From the NCBI GenBank assembly GCA_043822885.1, contig JBDRBI010000087.1:1-45236 (forward strand): a DNA stretch of 45,236 nt, read 5' to 3'. Position 1 is the first letter of the stretch, and each line of letters begins with the position of its first letter. A program made the position numbers and the translations under genes. Below the pieces are notes generated by a model. It was not told the origin of the DNA, made no database searches, and worked only from the letters and a program-made list of their open reading frames with translations. This document shows positions 35,519 through 43,905 of the stretch, in pieces. The stretch comes from Candidatus Omnitrophota bacterium (GTDB lineage Bacteria; Omnitrophota; Gorgyraeia; Tantalellales; Tantalellaceae).

Positions 35519-35603
35519 GTTTCTATCCTTCTTTTAATTTTTAATTTCTAGATCCCGGGTTTTAGCCGCAGCGCAGCATTTTTCTGTAGGACCTAAAACT
35601 TCC

Positions 35604-36143
35604 CTAACTTTTTCTGCTCAACCTCAATCTGTTAAATCCATCCACAGTCGCTCTCACAACGTTTATAGCATTTCTTGAGCCCAAACTTTTAGTAAGAATA
35701 TTCTTTATCCCGGCCGCGTCACATAGAGCTCTTACCGCACCCCCGGCTATAACTCCGGTACCCGCCCCAGCCGGTTTCATCAAAACTCTGGAAGCCTTGA
35801 ATCTGCCTATGACCTCATGAGGGATCGTATCGTCTTTAACTTTTACCGTCATATAGCCCTTTTTCGCCGTTGCGACCCCTTTCTTTATAGCTTCGACTAC
35901 CTCATTAGACTTACCCAGGCCAAATCCTACTTTTCCCTTACCGTCACCGACAACTACCATCGCGTTAAAAGAAAAATTCTTTCCGCCTTTAACGACCTTA
36001 GATACACGGCTTATCTTTATGACCCTTTCGATAGCTTCTTTCTCTTCGCCTCTCTGGGCTTCTTTGTTCCTTTTTCCCTTAAAAGCGGACGGTCTATTTT
36101 CCTTGTTATCTGTTTTTTTGATCTCTGTCTTTTCTTCCGACAT
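35604..36143 (-). CDS. rpsE: 30S ribosomal protein S5 (with a charged N-terminal extension)
   Basis: [38 protein letters not shown]. Confidence 0.96.
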   Translation of the reverse strand: MSEEKTEIKKTDNKENRPSAFKGKRNKEAQRGEEKEAIERVIKISRVSKVVKGGKNFSFNAMVVVGDGKGKVGFGLGKSNEVVEAIKKGVATAKKGYMTVKVKDDTIPHEVIGRFKASRVLMKPAGAGTGVIAGGAVRALCDAAGIKNILTKSLGSRNAINVVRATVDGFNRLRLSRKS

Positions 36144-36164
36144 CAGTCCTCCTGTTATTCCTTC

Positions 36165-36527
36165 TCAGAACTCTAACCCGTTCTTACGCGCCGCATCGGC
36201 TATAGTCTTTATAACACCGTGATAAAGATATCCGCCTCTGTCAAAAACTACTTTTTTTATTCCTTTTTCGACGGCAAGTTTAGCTATATCCGTTCCCAAC
36301 GCTTCCGCAAAATTAATATTTTTTCTTGTTGAAGTGTTATTATCTTTATCAACAGTCACTTTTCTAGTCGATAGACCGCACAATGTTCTGCCTTCAACAT
36401 CATTTATTATCTGTACATAAAGGTTCTTATTAGTCTTCTTTACGCACATTCTCGGTCTTTCCGCGTTACCGAAGACTTTTTTTCTTATTGATTTTCTTCT
36501 TCTTACCATTCTAGCTGTCTTATCCAT
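36165..36527 (-). CDS. rplR: 50S ribosomal protein L18
   Basis: [21 protein letters not shown]...[26 protein letters not shown]. Confidence 0.96.
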   Translation of the reverse strand: MDKTARMVRRRKSIRKKVFGNAERPRMCVKKTNKNLYVQIINDVEGRTLCGLSTRKVTVDKDNNTSTRKNINFAEALGTDIAKLAVEKGIKKVVFDRGGYLYHGVIKTIADAARKNGLEF

Positions 36528-36557
36528 ATCTTCTTCCTCTATATTTTGCCTTCCAAC

Positions 36558-36599
36558 TGTTTACTGTTCACCGTTCACTGTTCACTGTTCACTATTCAC
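36558..36599 (-). repeat. Heptanucleotide tandem repeat (sense GTGAACA x6) directly after the rplF stop
   Basis: The plus strand reads tgtttac tgttcac cgttcac tgttcac tgttcac tattcac. In the sense strand TGA or TAA recurs every 7 nt. Confidence 0.85.
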
Positions 36600-36601
36600 C
36601 G

Positions 36602-37138
36602 TTAAGCTACACTCTTACCCTGCTTCTGTCTAACGTATTCACCTTCATACCTTATTCCTTTACCTTTATACGGTTCAGGAGGATAATAAGCTCTTATTTC
36701 GGCCGCGACTTCTCCTACCTTCTGCTTATCCTCACCTTTTATAACAATATCAGTGGGACTTGTGGTTTCGATAATAACATCTAAAGGCGGAGTATATTCC
36801 ACACTATGTGAAAACCCGATATCGAGCACAAGTTTCTTACCCTTGATCTGAGCCTTGTACCCTACTCCCTGTATTTTAAGCTTTTTTTGAAAACCATCTT
36901 TAAGACCTTTCACCATGTTCTGTATAAGGCTTCTGCTTGTTCCATGTAAAGCTTTGTGCTCACGCGAATCCGATGGCCTCGTTATTTCGATCTTATTGTC
37001 TTTTATTCCGATATTAAATCCTTCAGGAATACTATGTTCCAGACTTTTCCCTTTTCCTTCCACCTTTACGTTACGTCCATCGATCGTAACCTTTATTCCG
37101 CTTGGTATATCTATCGGACGCTTTCCAACTCTAGACAT
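36602..37138 (-). CDS. rplF: 50S ribosomal protein L6
   Basis: MSRVGKRPIDIPSGIKV...YYPPEPYKGKGIRY. Confidence 0.96.
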   Translation of the reverse strand: MSRVGKRPIDIPSGIKVTIDGRNVKVEGKGKSLEHSIPEGFNIGIKDNKIEITRPSDSREHKALHGTSRSLIQNMVKGLKDGFQKKLKIQGVGYKAQIKGKKLVLDIGFSHSVEYTPPLDVIIETTSPTDIVIKGEDKQKVGEVAAEIRAYYPPEPYKGKGIRYEGEYVRQKQGKSVA

Positions 37139-37197
37139 TTTGTCTCCCTTTTTTAGTTCATAGTTATTAGTATTTTACTCGGCACGCTATTTTTTTA

Positions 37198-37297
37198 AAC
37201 TATCAACTACGAACCATGAACTATGAACTATCAACTATCAACCAGATAGCGCAACAGTCAATCACTACGAACTACGAACCATGAACTATTAACTCTA
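37198..37297 (-). repeat. Two heptad repeat tracts (sense xxTAGTT/xxTGGTT) flanking a GATTGACTGTTG motif, directly after the rpsH stop
   Basis: 37198-37246 reads aactatc aactacg aaccatg aactatg aactatc aactatc aaccaga. 37263-37297 reads cactacg aactacg aaccatg aactatt aactcta. Confidence 0.85.
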
Positions 37298-37696
37298 TTA
37301 CCATATCGTACAGATAACTTCGCCGCCGATCTGTTTCTCGCGTGCTTCCTTATCCGTTAAAAGCCCCTGACTTGTTGAAATTATGGAGATACCTACTCCG
37401 CCCATAACTTCTTTAATTTTTTTAGAGGGCAAATATTCCCGTCTACCCGGCTTAGATATCTTTTTAAGTCCCTCAAGAACGGATTGTCCGTTCTCCAGAT
37501 ATTTTAAATAGACCTTTATCTGTCCCTGTTTATTGTCCTCTATTACCTTGTAATTCGAGATAAATCCTTCCCTCTTGGCTATATCAACTATTCCTTCCAG
37601 TATCCCGGATTTTTTGATCACTACGTCTTTTTTTCCTGCTCTTATCGCATTTCTTATACGGGTCAATTGATCAGCCGTTAAATCTGTAACACTCAT
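37298..37696 (-). CDS. rpsH: 30S ribosomal protein S8
   Basis: MSVTDLTADQLTRIRNA. The start is at ATG 37694-37696 after AGGAGAAAAG. The track ORF extends to 37735. Confidence 0.95.
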   Translation of the reverse strand: MSVTDLTADQLTRIRNAIRAGKKDVVIKKSGILEGIVDIAKREGFISNYKVIEDNKQGQIKVYLKYLENGQSVLEGLKKISKPGRREYLPSKKIKEVMGGVGISIISTSQGLLTDKEAREKQIGGEVICTIW

Positions 37697-37772
37697 CTTT
37701 TCTCCTGTTTTTATATCCCTTTTTCCATGTTCCATGGTCTACTGTCCATGGTCTATTATCTATGATCTACAC

Positions 37773-37958
37773 CTACCAACTCGCCTTTTTAATACCCGGG
37801 ATATCTCCCTTTGATGCCAACTCTCTAAAACATATTCGGCATAACTTAAATCTTCTCATATATCCTCTTTTTCTGCCGCATATCTGACATCTCGTGACAA
37901 CACGCGTACTGAACTTGGGTTCTCTGTTGGATTTTACTATTAATGATCTTTTTGCCAT
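37773..37958 (-). CDS. rpsN: 30S ribosomal protein S14, zinc-binding type Z (61 aa)
   Basis: [23 protein letters not shown], i.e. CxxC...CxxC. Confidence 0.96.
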   Translation of the reverse strand: MAKRSLIVKSNREPKFSTRVVTRCQICGRKRGYMRRFKLCRICFRELASKGDIPGIKKASW

Positions 37959-37982
37959 ATTCTTTTCCTTCTATTAGCTTAT

Positions 37983-38079
37983 GTCATTGCGAGGAGGCTA
38001 CAAGCCGACGAAGCAATCTCCTTTTGTATCTCTGCAAGTTAAACAGATTGCTTCGCTCACTTTGTTCGCTCGCAATGAC
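37983..38079. repeat. Inverted pair of stem-loop repeat units (rplE-rpsN spacer)
   Basis: GTCATTGCGAGGAGGCTACAAGCCGACGAAGCAATCTC at 37983-38010, and AGATTGCTTCGCTCACTTTGTTCGCTCGCAATGAC at 38045-38079. Confidence 0.85.
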
Positions 38080-38090
38080 GGAAATTTTCC

Positions 38091-38651
38091 CTATTCCTCA
38101 TCCGCCGTTCTCTTCTTAGCGAACGGCATACCAAAACATTCTAATAAACCCATCGATTCTTCTTTAGTTTTCGCCGTAGTTACAAAACACACATCCATAC
38201 CGTGCACCACCGGCACTTTGTCAAGTTCCAGTTCCGGGAATATGGTCTGTTCTTTGATGCCTAAGGTATAATTCCCGTTTTGGTCAAAAGCTGTATTTGA
38301 TACTCCCCTAAAGTCTCTAATACGAGGGATAACAAAGTTTATCAGCCTATCCAAAAACTCATACATGAGTTGTTTTCTCAATGTAACCTTATATCCCACC
38401 GGCACTCCCTCGCGTATCTTAAAGTTAGATACAGCCTTCTTGGATTTTGTTAAAACCGGTCTCTGTCCTGTAATGGTCGCTAATTCGTCTCTTACAGGTT
38501 CTATCAGGTCTTTCTGATGCGCCATCTCTCCCATCCCGATGTTCACGACTATTTTCTCGATCTTGGGCACCTGCATCCTGTTGGTATATCCAAACTTTTC
38601 CGTAAGAGCCGCAACTATTTCCTTTTCATATAATTCTTTAAGCCTAGCCAT
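38091..38651 (-). CDS. rplE: 50S ribosomal protein L5
   Basis: MARLKELYEKEIVAALTEKFGYTNRMQVPKIEKIVVNIGMGE. Confidence 0.96.
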   Translation of the reverse strand: MARLKELYEKEIVAALTEKFGYTNRMQVPKIEKIVVNIGMGEMAHQKDLIEPVRDELATITGQRPVLTKSKKAVSNFKIREGVPVGYKVTLRKQLMYEFLDRLINFVIPRIRDFRGVSNTAFDQNGNYTLGIKEQTIFPELELDKVPVVHGMDVCFVTTAKTKEESMGLLECFGMPFAKKRTADEE

Positions 38652-38669
38652 ATTGTTTTTCTCCTATAT

Positions 38670-38733
38670 AGATTGCTTCGGCCTACGGCCCCGCAATGAC
38701 GGGTGTCATTGCGAGCGTCAGCGAAGCAATCTC
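38670..38733. repeat. Inverted pair of stem-loop repeat units (rplX-rplE spacer)
   Basis: AGATTGCTTCGGCCTACGGCCCCGCAATGAC at 38670-38700, then GTCATTGCGAGCGTCAGCGAAGCAATCTC at 38705-38733. Confidence 0.85.
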
Positions 38734-38810
38734 TACTATCCACTCTAAATCTACACATCGGTCAATCCCCGGACCATTAAACTATTTAACCATTCAACTA
38801 TTAAACTGTT

Positions 38811-39122
38811 TTACAGCACTTCCTTACATTTTCTGCAGTAACGCACTTTGCTTCCGTCTTTTAATATATCTATCCCGACACGCGACGTCTGATTACATCC
38901 TTTGCACATTACCGATAAATTAGAAACATCAAGAGAAGCTTCTCTTTGTATTATTCCGCCTTCCGCATCCTGACGCGTCTTTTTCGCGTGTTTCTTCGTA
39001 AAATTTACCCCCTGTATGATAGCTCTGCCCACATCAGGATATATCTTCAGCACTTTACCTGTTTTCCCTTTATCTTTACCGGCAAGCACTTTAACTGTAT
39101 CGTTTTTCTTTATGCGTATCAT
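38811..39122 (-). CDS. rplX: 50S ribosomal protein L24 with a C-terminal Cys4 zinc-ribbon-like tail
   Basis: KOW motif VKVLAGKDKGKTGKVLKI; tail MCKGCNQ...YCRKCKEVL. The start is at ATG 39120-39122 after GGAGG. The track ORF extends to 39152. Confidence 0.93.
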   Translation of the reverse strand: MIRIKKNDTVKVLAGKDKGKTGKVLKIYPDVGRAIIQGVNFTKKHAKKTRQDAEGGIIQREASLDVSNLSVMCKGCNQTSRVGIDILKDGSKVRYCRKCKEVL

Positions 39123-39132
39123 TTCAGTCCTC

Positions 39133-39501
39133 CTAAATAACCTCAGGGGCAAGAGATATTATTTTCATGAAATTTTTTCCTCTAAGTTCACGCGCTATAG
39201 GTCCGAAAACACGTGTTCCTCGCGGGTTTTTATCTTTATCTATTATCACTACGGCATTACTGTCAAATTTCAGAACAGTTCCGTCCTTTCTGAAAATAGG
39301 ATACGCCGTCCTTACCACAACGGCTTTTACAACTTCTCCCTTTTTTACCTCAGCCGTCGGTGTAGACTCCTTAATATTGCATGTAATAATGTCCCCGATC
39401 TCTGCCGTTCTCTTGCCGGATCTTCCTATTACGCCTATCATAGAAGCCTTTTTCGCCCCGCTGTTATCAGCGACATCAAGTATGCTCCTCATTATAATCA
39501 T
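39133..39501 (-). CDS. rplN: 50S ribosomal protein L14
   Basis: [11 protein letters not shown]...IRFDSNA-like [10 protein letters not shown]. Confidence 0.96.
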   Translation of the reverse strand: MIIMRSILDVADNSGAKKASMIGVIGRSGKRTAEIGDIITCNIKESTPTAEVKKGEVVKAVVVRTAYPIFRKDGTVLKFDSNAVVIIDKDKNPRGTRVFGPIARELRGKNFMKIISLAPEVI

Positions 39502-39505
39502 TTCG

Positions 39506-39772
39506 TTAACCCCTTTGCGCTTTTTCGAGAACCTCTACGATCCTCCAACATTTATCTTTGGAAAAGGGACGTGACTCAACCAGTTTTACCAGATCCCCAA
39601 CAACCGCTGCATTCTTTTCATCATGCGCTTTCACCTTGGAATGCTTTTTAACAAATTTTTTGTAAAGCGGATGTCTTTTTTGTGTTTTCAGTTCTACGGT
39701 AATGCCTTTGTCCATCTTATCGCTTATGACAACACCGACTATAGTTCTCTTATTAGGCCTTTTTTCCTTCAC
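39506..39772 (-). CDS. rpsQ: 30S ribosomal protein S17
   Basis: [40 protein letters not shown]. Confidence 0.95.
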   Translation of the reverse strand: MKEKRPNKRTIVGVVISDKMDKGITVELKTQKRHPLYKKFVKKHSKVKAHDEKNAAVVGDLVKLVESRPFSKDKCWRIVEVLEKAQRG

Positions 39773-39956
39773 TTTCCTTCTCCTTCAATATAGTAAAACA
39801 TTTAGCTATATCACGTTTTAATAACCGAAATTTTCCAGGTCTTTCTACTCTGCCGGAAGTTCCTTCAGCTCTCATCTTGAACAATTGTTCTTTGAACGCA
39901 AAAAGCTTGAGTTCTATCTCGGTCTTTGTCATATTCCTTATTTCACTTGGCTTCAA
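39753..39956 (-). CDS. rpmC: 50S ribosomal protein L29
   Basis: A 67-aa helical protein ([14 protein letters not shown]...LFKMR) in the conserved position between rplP and rpsQ. Confidence 0.9.
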   Translation of the reverse strand: MKPSEIRNMTKTEIELKLFAFKEQLFKMRAEGTSGRVERPGKFRLLKRDIAKCFTILKEKESEGKKA

Positions 39957-40369
39957 TTGTGTCCTCCCCGTGCTACAAATTTCGTTTTCATAGACAGTTT
40001 ATGGGCTGCTAATCTAAAAGCTTCTCTGGCCATGTCGCGAGGCACACCTTCCATCTCGAATATTATACGGCCTTTTTTAACAACCGCTACCCATCCTTCG
40101 GGAGAGCCTTTTCCTTTACCCATACGGGTCTCGGCAGGCTTCTTTGTGACCGGTTTGTCAGGAAAAACCCTTATCCAAAGTTTGCCGGCTCTGCCTGTTT
40201 CCCTCATAAGAGCTACCCTAGCAGCTTCTATTTGTTTATCTGTCATCCACACGGTCTCCAAACATTTAAGACCATATTCACCGAAACTGACTTCGGATGA
40301 ATAACTGCATCCTTTACGTCGTCCGCGCTGTTGTTTTCTGAATTTTACTCTCTTGGGCATTAAAGCCAT
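39953..40369 (-). CDS. rplP: 50S ribosomal protein L16
   Basis: [17 protein letters not shown]...[24 protein letters not shown]. Confidence 0.96.
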   Translation of the reverse strand: MALMPKRVKFRKQQRGRRKGCSYSSEVSFGEYGLKCLETVWMTDKQIEAARVALMRETGRAGKLWIRVFPDKPVTKKPAETRMGKGKGSPEGWVAVVKKGRIIFEMEGVPRDMAREAFRLAAHKLSMKTKFVARGGHN

Positions 40370-40381
40370 CTCTTACTACTC

Positions 40382-41053
40382 CTATTTTTTCTTTTCTTTT
40401 TTAACTTCTTCCACATCGGTATTAAATTTATCGCCTTTGTATATCCATACCTTTACTCCGATAATACCATAAGTCGTTCGCGCCTCGGAGAAACCATAAT
40501 CTATGTCTGCCCTAAGTGTCTGGAGAGGTATTTTACCCCATTTATATCCTTCACTTCTGGCTATTTCCGCTCCGCCCAGGCGTCCCGAGCACTTTATTTT
40601 TATACCCAAACCACCCGCGTCTCTATGCGTTTGCAGAACCTTTTTCATGGCTCGGCGAAAAGCAACGCGTTTTATAAGCTGAAAGGCAAGACCGTCCGCT
40701 ACTATTTGCGCGTTCAATATAGGATTTGCCACTTCTCTTATATCTATGGGCACCTTTGTCTGATCACCTACGATATTTTGGATCTCTTCCTTCACCTTCT
40801 CGATCTGCGCGCCTTTTCTTCCTATTACCATCCCGGGCCGTCCGGTATATATGATCACTTTGACCTGTTTGTTGGTTCGCTCTATATCGACTTTCGCAAT
40901 AAACGCGGTTGCCAATTCTTTAAAAACTATTTTTCGGATCTTGTAGTCTTGCAATAGTTTCCCGGCAAATTCTTCTTTTGTGGAAAACCAGCGGCTATTC
41001 CAAGTGCGCGTTATTCCCAGTCTAAAACTTATTGGGTGAACTTTTTGACCCAT
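40382..41053 (-). CDS. rpsC: 30S ribosomal protein S3
   Basis: MGQKVHPISFRLGITRTWNSRWF and a KH domain; short Lys-rich tail. Confidence 0.96.
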   Translation of the reverse strand: MGQKVHPISFRLGITRTWNSRWFSTKEEFAGKLLQDYKIRKIVFKELATAFIAKVDIERTNKQVKVIIYTGRPGMVIGRKGAQIEKVKEEIQNIVGDQTKVPIDIREVANPILNAQIVADGLAFQLIKRVAFRRAMKKVLQTHRDAGGLGIKIKCSGRLGGAEIARSEGYKWGKIPLQTLRADIDYGFSEARTTYGIIGVKVWIYKGDKFNTDVEEVKKEKKK

Positions 41054-41058
41054 ATCTC

Positions 41059-41472
41059 TTAGCTCCTCTTATTATTTACTTTTTTTATTTTTTTAGGCGC
41101 CCGAGCAGTTGCCTTTTTTTCTTTTACTTTAGTTTTTGTTTCTTCCAACCCCAGACATATATGCACTGTCCTGTGTTTTATCGAAGTAGCTCTTCCCATC
41201 GTGGCGGCTCTGTAGCGTTTGTATAGGGGCCCGCCATCTACACGTACCAACGAGATCGTTAGATCCCGTTCAAGGAATTTTTCCTGCCTGCCGTTATTGG
41301 CGTTACTGAACGCCGATTTTAAAACTTTTTTTACCGGTACGGCCGCTCTTTTGTTAGTATTGTCTAGGATGAAATTAGCCTTCTCGATACTCTTTCCTTT
41401 TATCAAGGCCGTTACAAGACGCGTTTTACGCGCGGACATTCTGACATATTTAGCTTCAGCTTTTGCGATCAT
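41059..41472 (-). CDS. rplV: 50S ribosomal protein L22
   Basis: AKYVRMSARKTRLV...GPLYKRYRAATMGRATSIKHRTVHI. Confidence 0.95.
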   Translation of the reverse strand: MIAKAEAKYVRMSARKTRLVTALIKGKSIEKANFILDNTNKRAAVPVKKVLKSAFSNANNGRQEKFLERDLTISLVRVDGGPLYKRYRAATMGRATSIKHRTVHICLGLEETKTKVKEKKATARAPKKIKKVNNKRS

Positions 41473-41499
41473 ATTTTTTCTCCCACTCTTTACCTATCT

Positions 41500-41605
41500 G
41501 TCATTGCGAGGCCAACTTGTCCCGAGCGAAGTCGAGGGAAGACCGAAGCAATTTCTATCGATTTATGTTCAGATTGCTTCGCTCACTTTGTTCGCTCGCA
41601 ATGAC
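41500..41605. repeat. Inverted pair of stem-loop repeat units (rpsS-rplV spacer)
   Basis: GTCATTGCGAG-...CCCGAGCGAAGTCGAGGG...-GAAGCAAT at 41500-41553. AGATTGCTTCGCTCACTTTGTTCGCTCGCAATGAC at 41571-41605 is identical over 35 bp to 38045-38079. Confidence 0.85.
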
Positions 41606-41618
41606 GGGTCTATTATCA

Positions 41619-41903
41619 TTACGTTTTATCCATAGACTGTTTGGTGGCCGCGCCATGGGTTCTGAATTTACGCGTCGGGGCAAATTCTCCCAGCTTATGT
41701 CCAACCATGTTCTCAGTTATAAACAAGGGGTTAAAAGTTTTCCCGTTATGCACCGAGATCGTAAGTCCCACAAAATCCGGCAAAACAACAGATCTTCTGG
41801 ACCAAGTCTTTATCGGTTTTTTACTGCCTGAGGACTGTATCTTGTCTATTTTTTTTCTAAGGCATTCATCTACAAACGGCCCTTTTTTCACTGATCTCGA
41901 CAT
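41619..41903 (-). CDS. rpsS: 30S ribosomal protein S19
   Basis: [13 protein letters not shown]...[33 protein letters not shown]. The start is at ATG 41901-41903 after AGGAGAAG. The track ORF extends to 41951. Confidence 0.95.
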   Translation of the reverse strand: MSRSVKKGPFVDECLRKKIDKIQSSGSKKPIKTWSRRSVVLPDFVGLTISVHNGKTFNPLFITENMVGHKLGEFAPTRKFRTHGAATKQSMDKT

Positions 41904-42010
41904 ACTATCTTCTCCTAAATGAAACCATAACTTATGGAGCAACAGCAACATAAGTTATATGGTCGAATTTACCCCCGCGCTTAGGTTTCGAAGAAATCTG
42001 CGGGGGTTTG

Positions 42011-42838
42011 TCACTTACTTCTTCTTTTAACTATCTTATTGTCCGACGCTTTTCTCTTTTTACGCGTCTTTAATCCTTTGGTAATCTTTCCCCAAGGTGT
42101 TACCGGATGTCTTCCCCCGGAAGATTTGCCTTCTCCTCCACCCATAGGATGGTCAACCGGATTTTTCACGACTGCCCTTGAAAGCGGCCTTCTTCCCAGA
42201 TGCCTGGATCTTCCGGCTTTACCAAGATCTATATTTTCATGGTCGGGATTTCCTACTTTCCCTATCGACGCGTAACAAGCCGCTTTGACCAATCTTATCT
42301 CTCCGCTGGGCATCCTGAGATGCACATTGTCCCCGTCCTTAGCTTCAACAGTAGCGCTATTCCCGGCGGACCTTGCTATTTTAGCGCCCTTTCCCGGATC
42401 CATTTCTATACAATATACTTCGGCTCCCAAAGGTACATTTCTAAGAGGCAGAGCATTGCCCGGTTCTATCTTGGGGTTCTCTCCGGAAGTCACGGTAAAA
42501 CCTACTTTGAGTCCTATAGGAGCGATAATATACACTTTGTTCCCATCCTCATACTGGACCAAAGCTATCCTGGCAGATCTGTTGGGATCATATTCAATAG
42601 CTTGGACGATACCTGTCTTCTCTTTGTGACTGTACCTGAAATTTATCAGGCGATATCTTCTTTTGTGTCCGCCGCCTCGTCCTCTTGAAGTTATGCGTCC
42701 AAGGTTATTACGACCGCCTTTTTTACGTAATGCTCTCGTTAAGGATTTTTCGGGTGTATTTTTGGTAATTTCCGCGAAATCCGAAACACTTCCCCATCTT
42801 CTTCCTGGTGTGGTCGCGTTAAATTTTTTAACTGCCAT
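42011..42838 (-). CDS. rplB: 50S ribosomal protein L2
   Basis: [14 protein letters not shown]...GGGHKRRYR...[19 protein letters not shown]. The start is at ATG 42836-42838. The extended track ORF (to 42907) reads through a repeat unit (SLRAKRSNL). Confidence 0.95.
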   Translation of the reverse strand: MAVKKFNATTPGRRWGSVSDFAEITKNTPEKSLTRALRKKGGRNNLGRITSRGRGGGHKRRYRLINFRYSHKEKTGIVQAIEYDPNRSARIALVQYEDGNKVYIIAPIGLKVGFTVTSGENPKIEPGNALPLRNVPLGAEVYCIEMDPGKGAKIARSAGNSATVEAKDGDNVHLRMPSGEIRLVKAACYASIGKVGNPDHENIDLGKAGRSRHLGRRPLSRAVVKNPVDHPMGGGEGKSSGGRHPVTPWGKITKGLKTRKKRKASDNKIVKRRSK

Positions 42839-42857
42839 GTCTTTCCCTTTTTTTATT

Positions 42858-42884
42858 AGATTGCTTCTCTTCGCTCGCAACGAC
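42858..42884 (-). repeat. Single minimal stem-loop repeat unit upstream of the rplB RBS
   Basis: The minus strand reads GTCGTTGCGAGCGAAGAGAAGCAATCT. Confidence 0.7.
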
Positions 42885-42932
42885 AGAGGAGCCACTACAT
42901 TCCCCATAAAACTTGTGCATCAGTCAATCCCT

Positions 42933-42981
42933 GTCAATGGTCAATGGTCTATTGTCTATGGTCTACTAATCACCATTCTCT
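42933..42981 (-). repeat. Heptad tandem repeat (sense CATAGAC/CATTGAC) directly after the rplW stop
   Basis: The plus strand reads gtcaatg gtcaatg gtctatt gtctatg gtctact aatcacc attctct. The closely related tract gtctatt gtctatg x2 occurs at 23828-23876 after mutL. Confidence 0.85.
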
Positions 42982-42982
42982 G

Positions 42983-43261
42983 CTAAGCCGATTCAATTTT
43001 ATTATCCGGTTTTAACGTCACTATAGCTTTTTTCCATGAAGCTGTCATACCTTCCTGCTGTCTGACCCGTTTTTTCTTGCCTTTGACGTTCATAATATGC
43101 ACGTCATTAACTTTCACCTTGTATATTTCTTCCACGGCTTTTTTTACCTCGATCTTATTCGTCCTTTTATCCACCTTGAAAAGATATTTGTTCTGCATCA
43201 AGAGATTTGATCCCTTTTCGGTGCGTATCATATTTTTTATTACGTCGTGTAATGATTTCAT
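42983..43261 (-). CDS. rplW: 50S ribosomal protein L23
   Basis: IRTEKGSNLLMQNKYLFKVDKRTNKIEVKKAVEEIYKVKV. Confidence 0.95.
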   Translation of the reverse strand: MKSLHDVIKNMIRTEKGSNLLMQNKYLFKVDKRTNKIEVKKAVEEIYKVKVNDVHIMNVKGKKKRVRQQEGMTASWKKAIVTLKPDNKIESA

Positions 43262-43893
43262 TTTAACCTCTCAACCAATTTTTCAAGAGCTTCTTTCTCT
43301 ATCACCAGAAACTCATTAAGCAAAACATCTCTAGCATTAAGGTTGCGGCCTTCTTTGAGACTTATGTTCTTAATGTTGCGCGAAGACCTTTTTACCCCTT
43401 CCGAGACAACATCCACCACTATCAAGGTCTTACCCTCTACCTTTAAGGCCTTTAATATGTCTGTAAAAGTTTTAGTTTTGACCTTTTCCACGTCCAGCTT
43501 TAGCACAGACTTTATCATCTGTTCTGAAAGTCTGGCGTTTAGGATCGATAACAAAGCTCTCTTAACGGCTTTTTTCGGCATAGAATATCCATGATCTCTG
43601 GGTCTAGGCCCAAAAGCTATCCCTCCGTGTCTCCATAAGGGGTTTCTTGATGATCCTACACGCGCTCGTCCTGTACCTTTTTGACGCCAGGGTTTAGCCC
43701 CTCCTCCGGAAACTTCTCCCCGTGTCTTGGTAGAAGCTGTTCCCCTTCGGGCATTAGCCTCGTACATTTTTTTTGCCTCATAAAGGAGCGTCTTATTTAC
43801 ACGCCCGTTGAATAGCTTGGTATCCAATTGAAAATTATCAACGACTTTTCCTTTGAGATCATATACCGGTATTGTTGTGCTTGCCTCTGCCAT
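43258..43893 (-). CDS. rplD: 50S ribosomal protein L4
   Basis: GTASTKTRGEVSGGGAKPWRQKGTGRARVGSSRNPLWRHGG. Confidence 0.96.
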   Translation of the reverse strand: MAEASTTIPVYDLKGKVVDNFQLDTKLFNGRVNKTLLYEAKKMYEANARRGTASTKTRGEVSGGGAKPWRQKGTGRARVGSSRNPLWRHGGIAFGPRPRDHGYSMPKKAVKRALLSILNARLSEQMIKSVLKLDVEKVKTKTFTDILKALKVEGKTLIVVDVVSEGVKRSSRNIKNISLKEGRNLNARDVLLNEFLVIEKEALEKLVERLK

Positions 43894-43905
43894 GTCTTTT
43901 ACCCT

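Noticed and set aside
35519-35603. I searched for a hidden small rpmD (L30) ORF or a tRNA in the rpsE-rplO gap, and looked for tRNA/rRNA genes in the larger spacers (13421-13626, 22125-22455).
   Set aside because: There is no ORF of suitable length in any frame. There is no cloverleaf-compatible sequence or T-loop (GGTTCGA-type) motif. Only simple hairpins and repeats are present.
38756-38790. The ATTGACCGATG motif might be the -35 element of internal promoters inside the ribosomal operon.
   Set aside because: The sequences 16-19 nt downstream differ between copies, and none gives a convincing TAnnnT -10. I kept it as an unexplained oriented motif instead.
39016-39651. A 211-aa plus-strand ORF, and many other plus-strand ORFs inside the ribosomal operon (e.g. 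42200-42688, 43828-44268).
   Set aside because: They are antisense to canonical ribosomal protein genes whose identity is unambiguous.
42839-42907. N-terminal extensions of the track ORFs for rplB (to 42907), rpsS (to 41951), rpsH (to 37735), rplX (to 39152), map (to 33061), lipB (to 19022), mutL (to 25654) and mutS (to 28378).
   Set aside because: Internal ATGs with good Shine-Dalgarno spacing align with canonical N-termini. The extensions read through repeat units or neighbouring genes; for example, the rplB extension encodes the repeat-derived peptide SLRAKRSNL.
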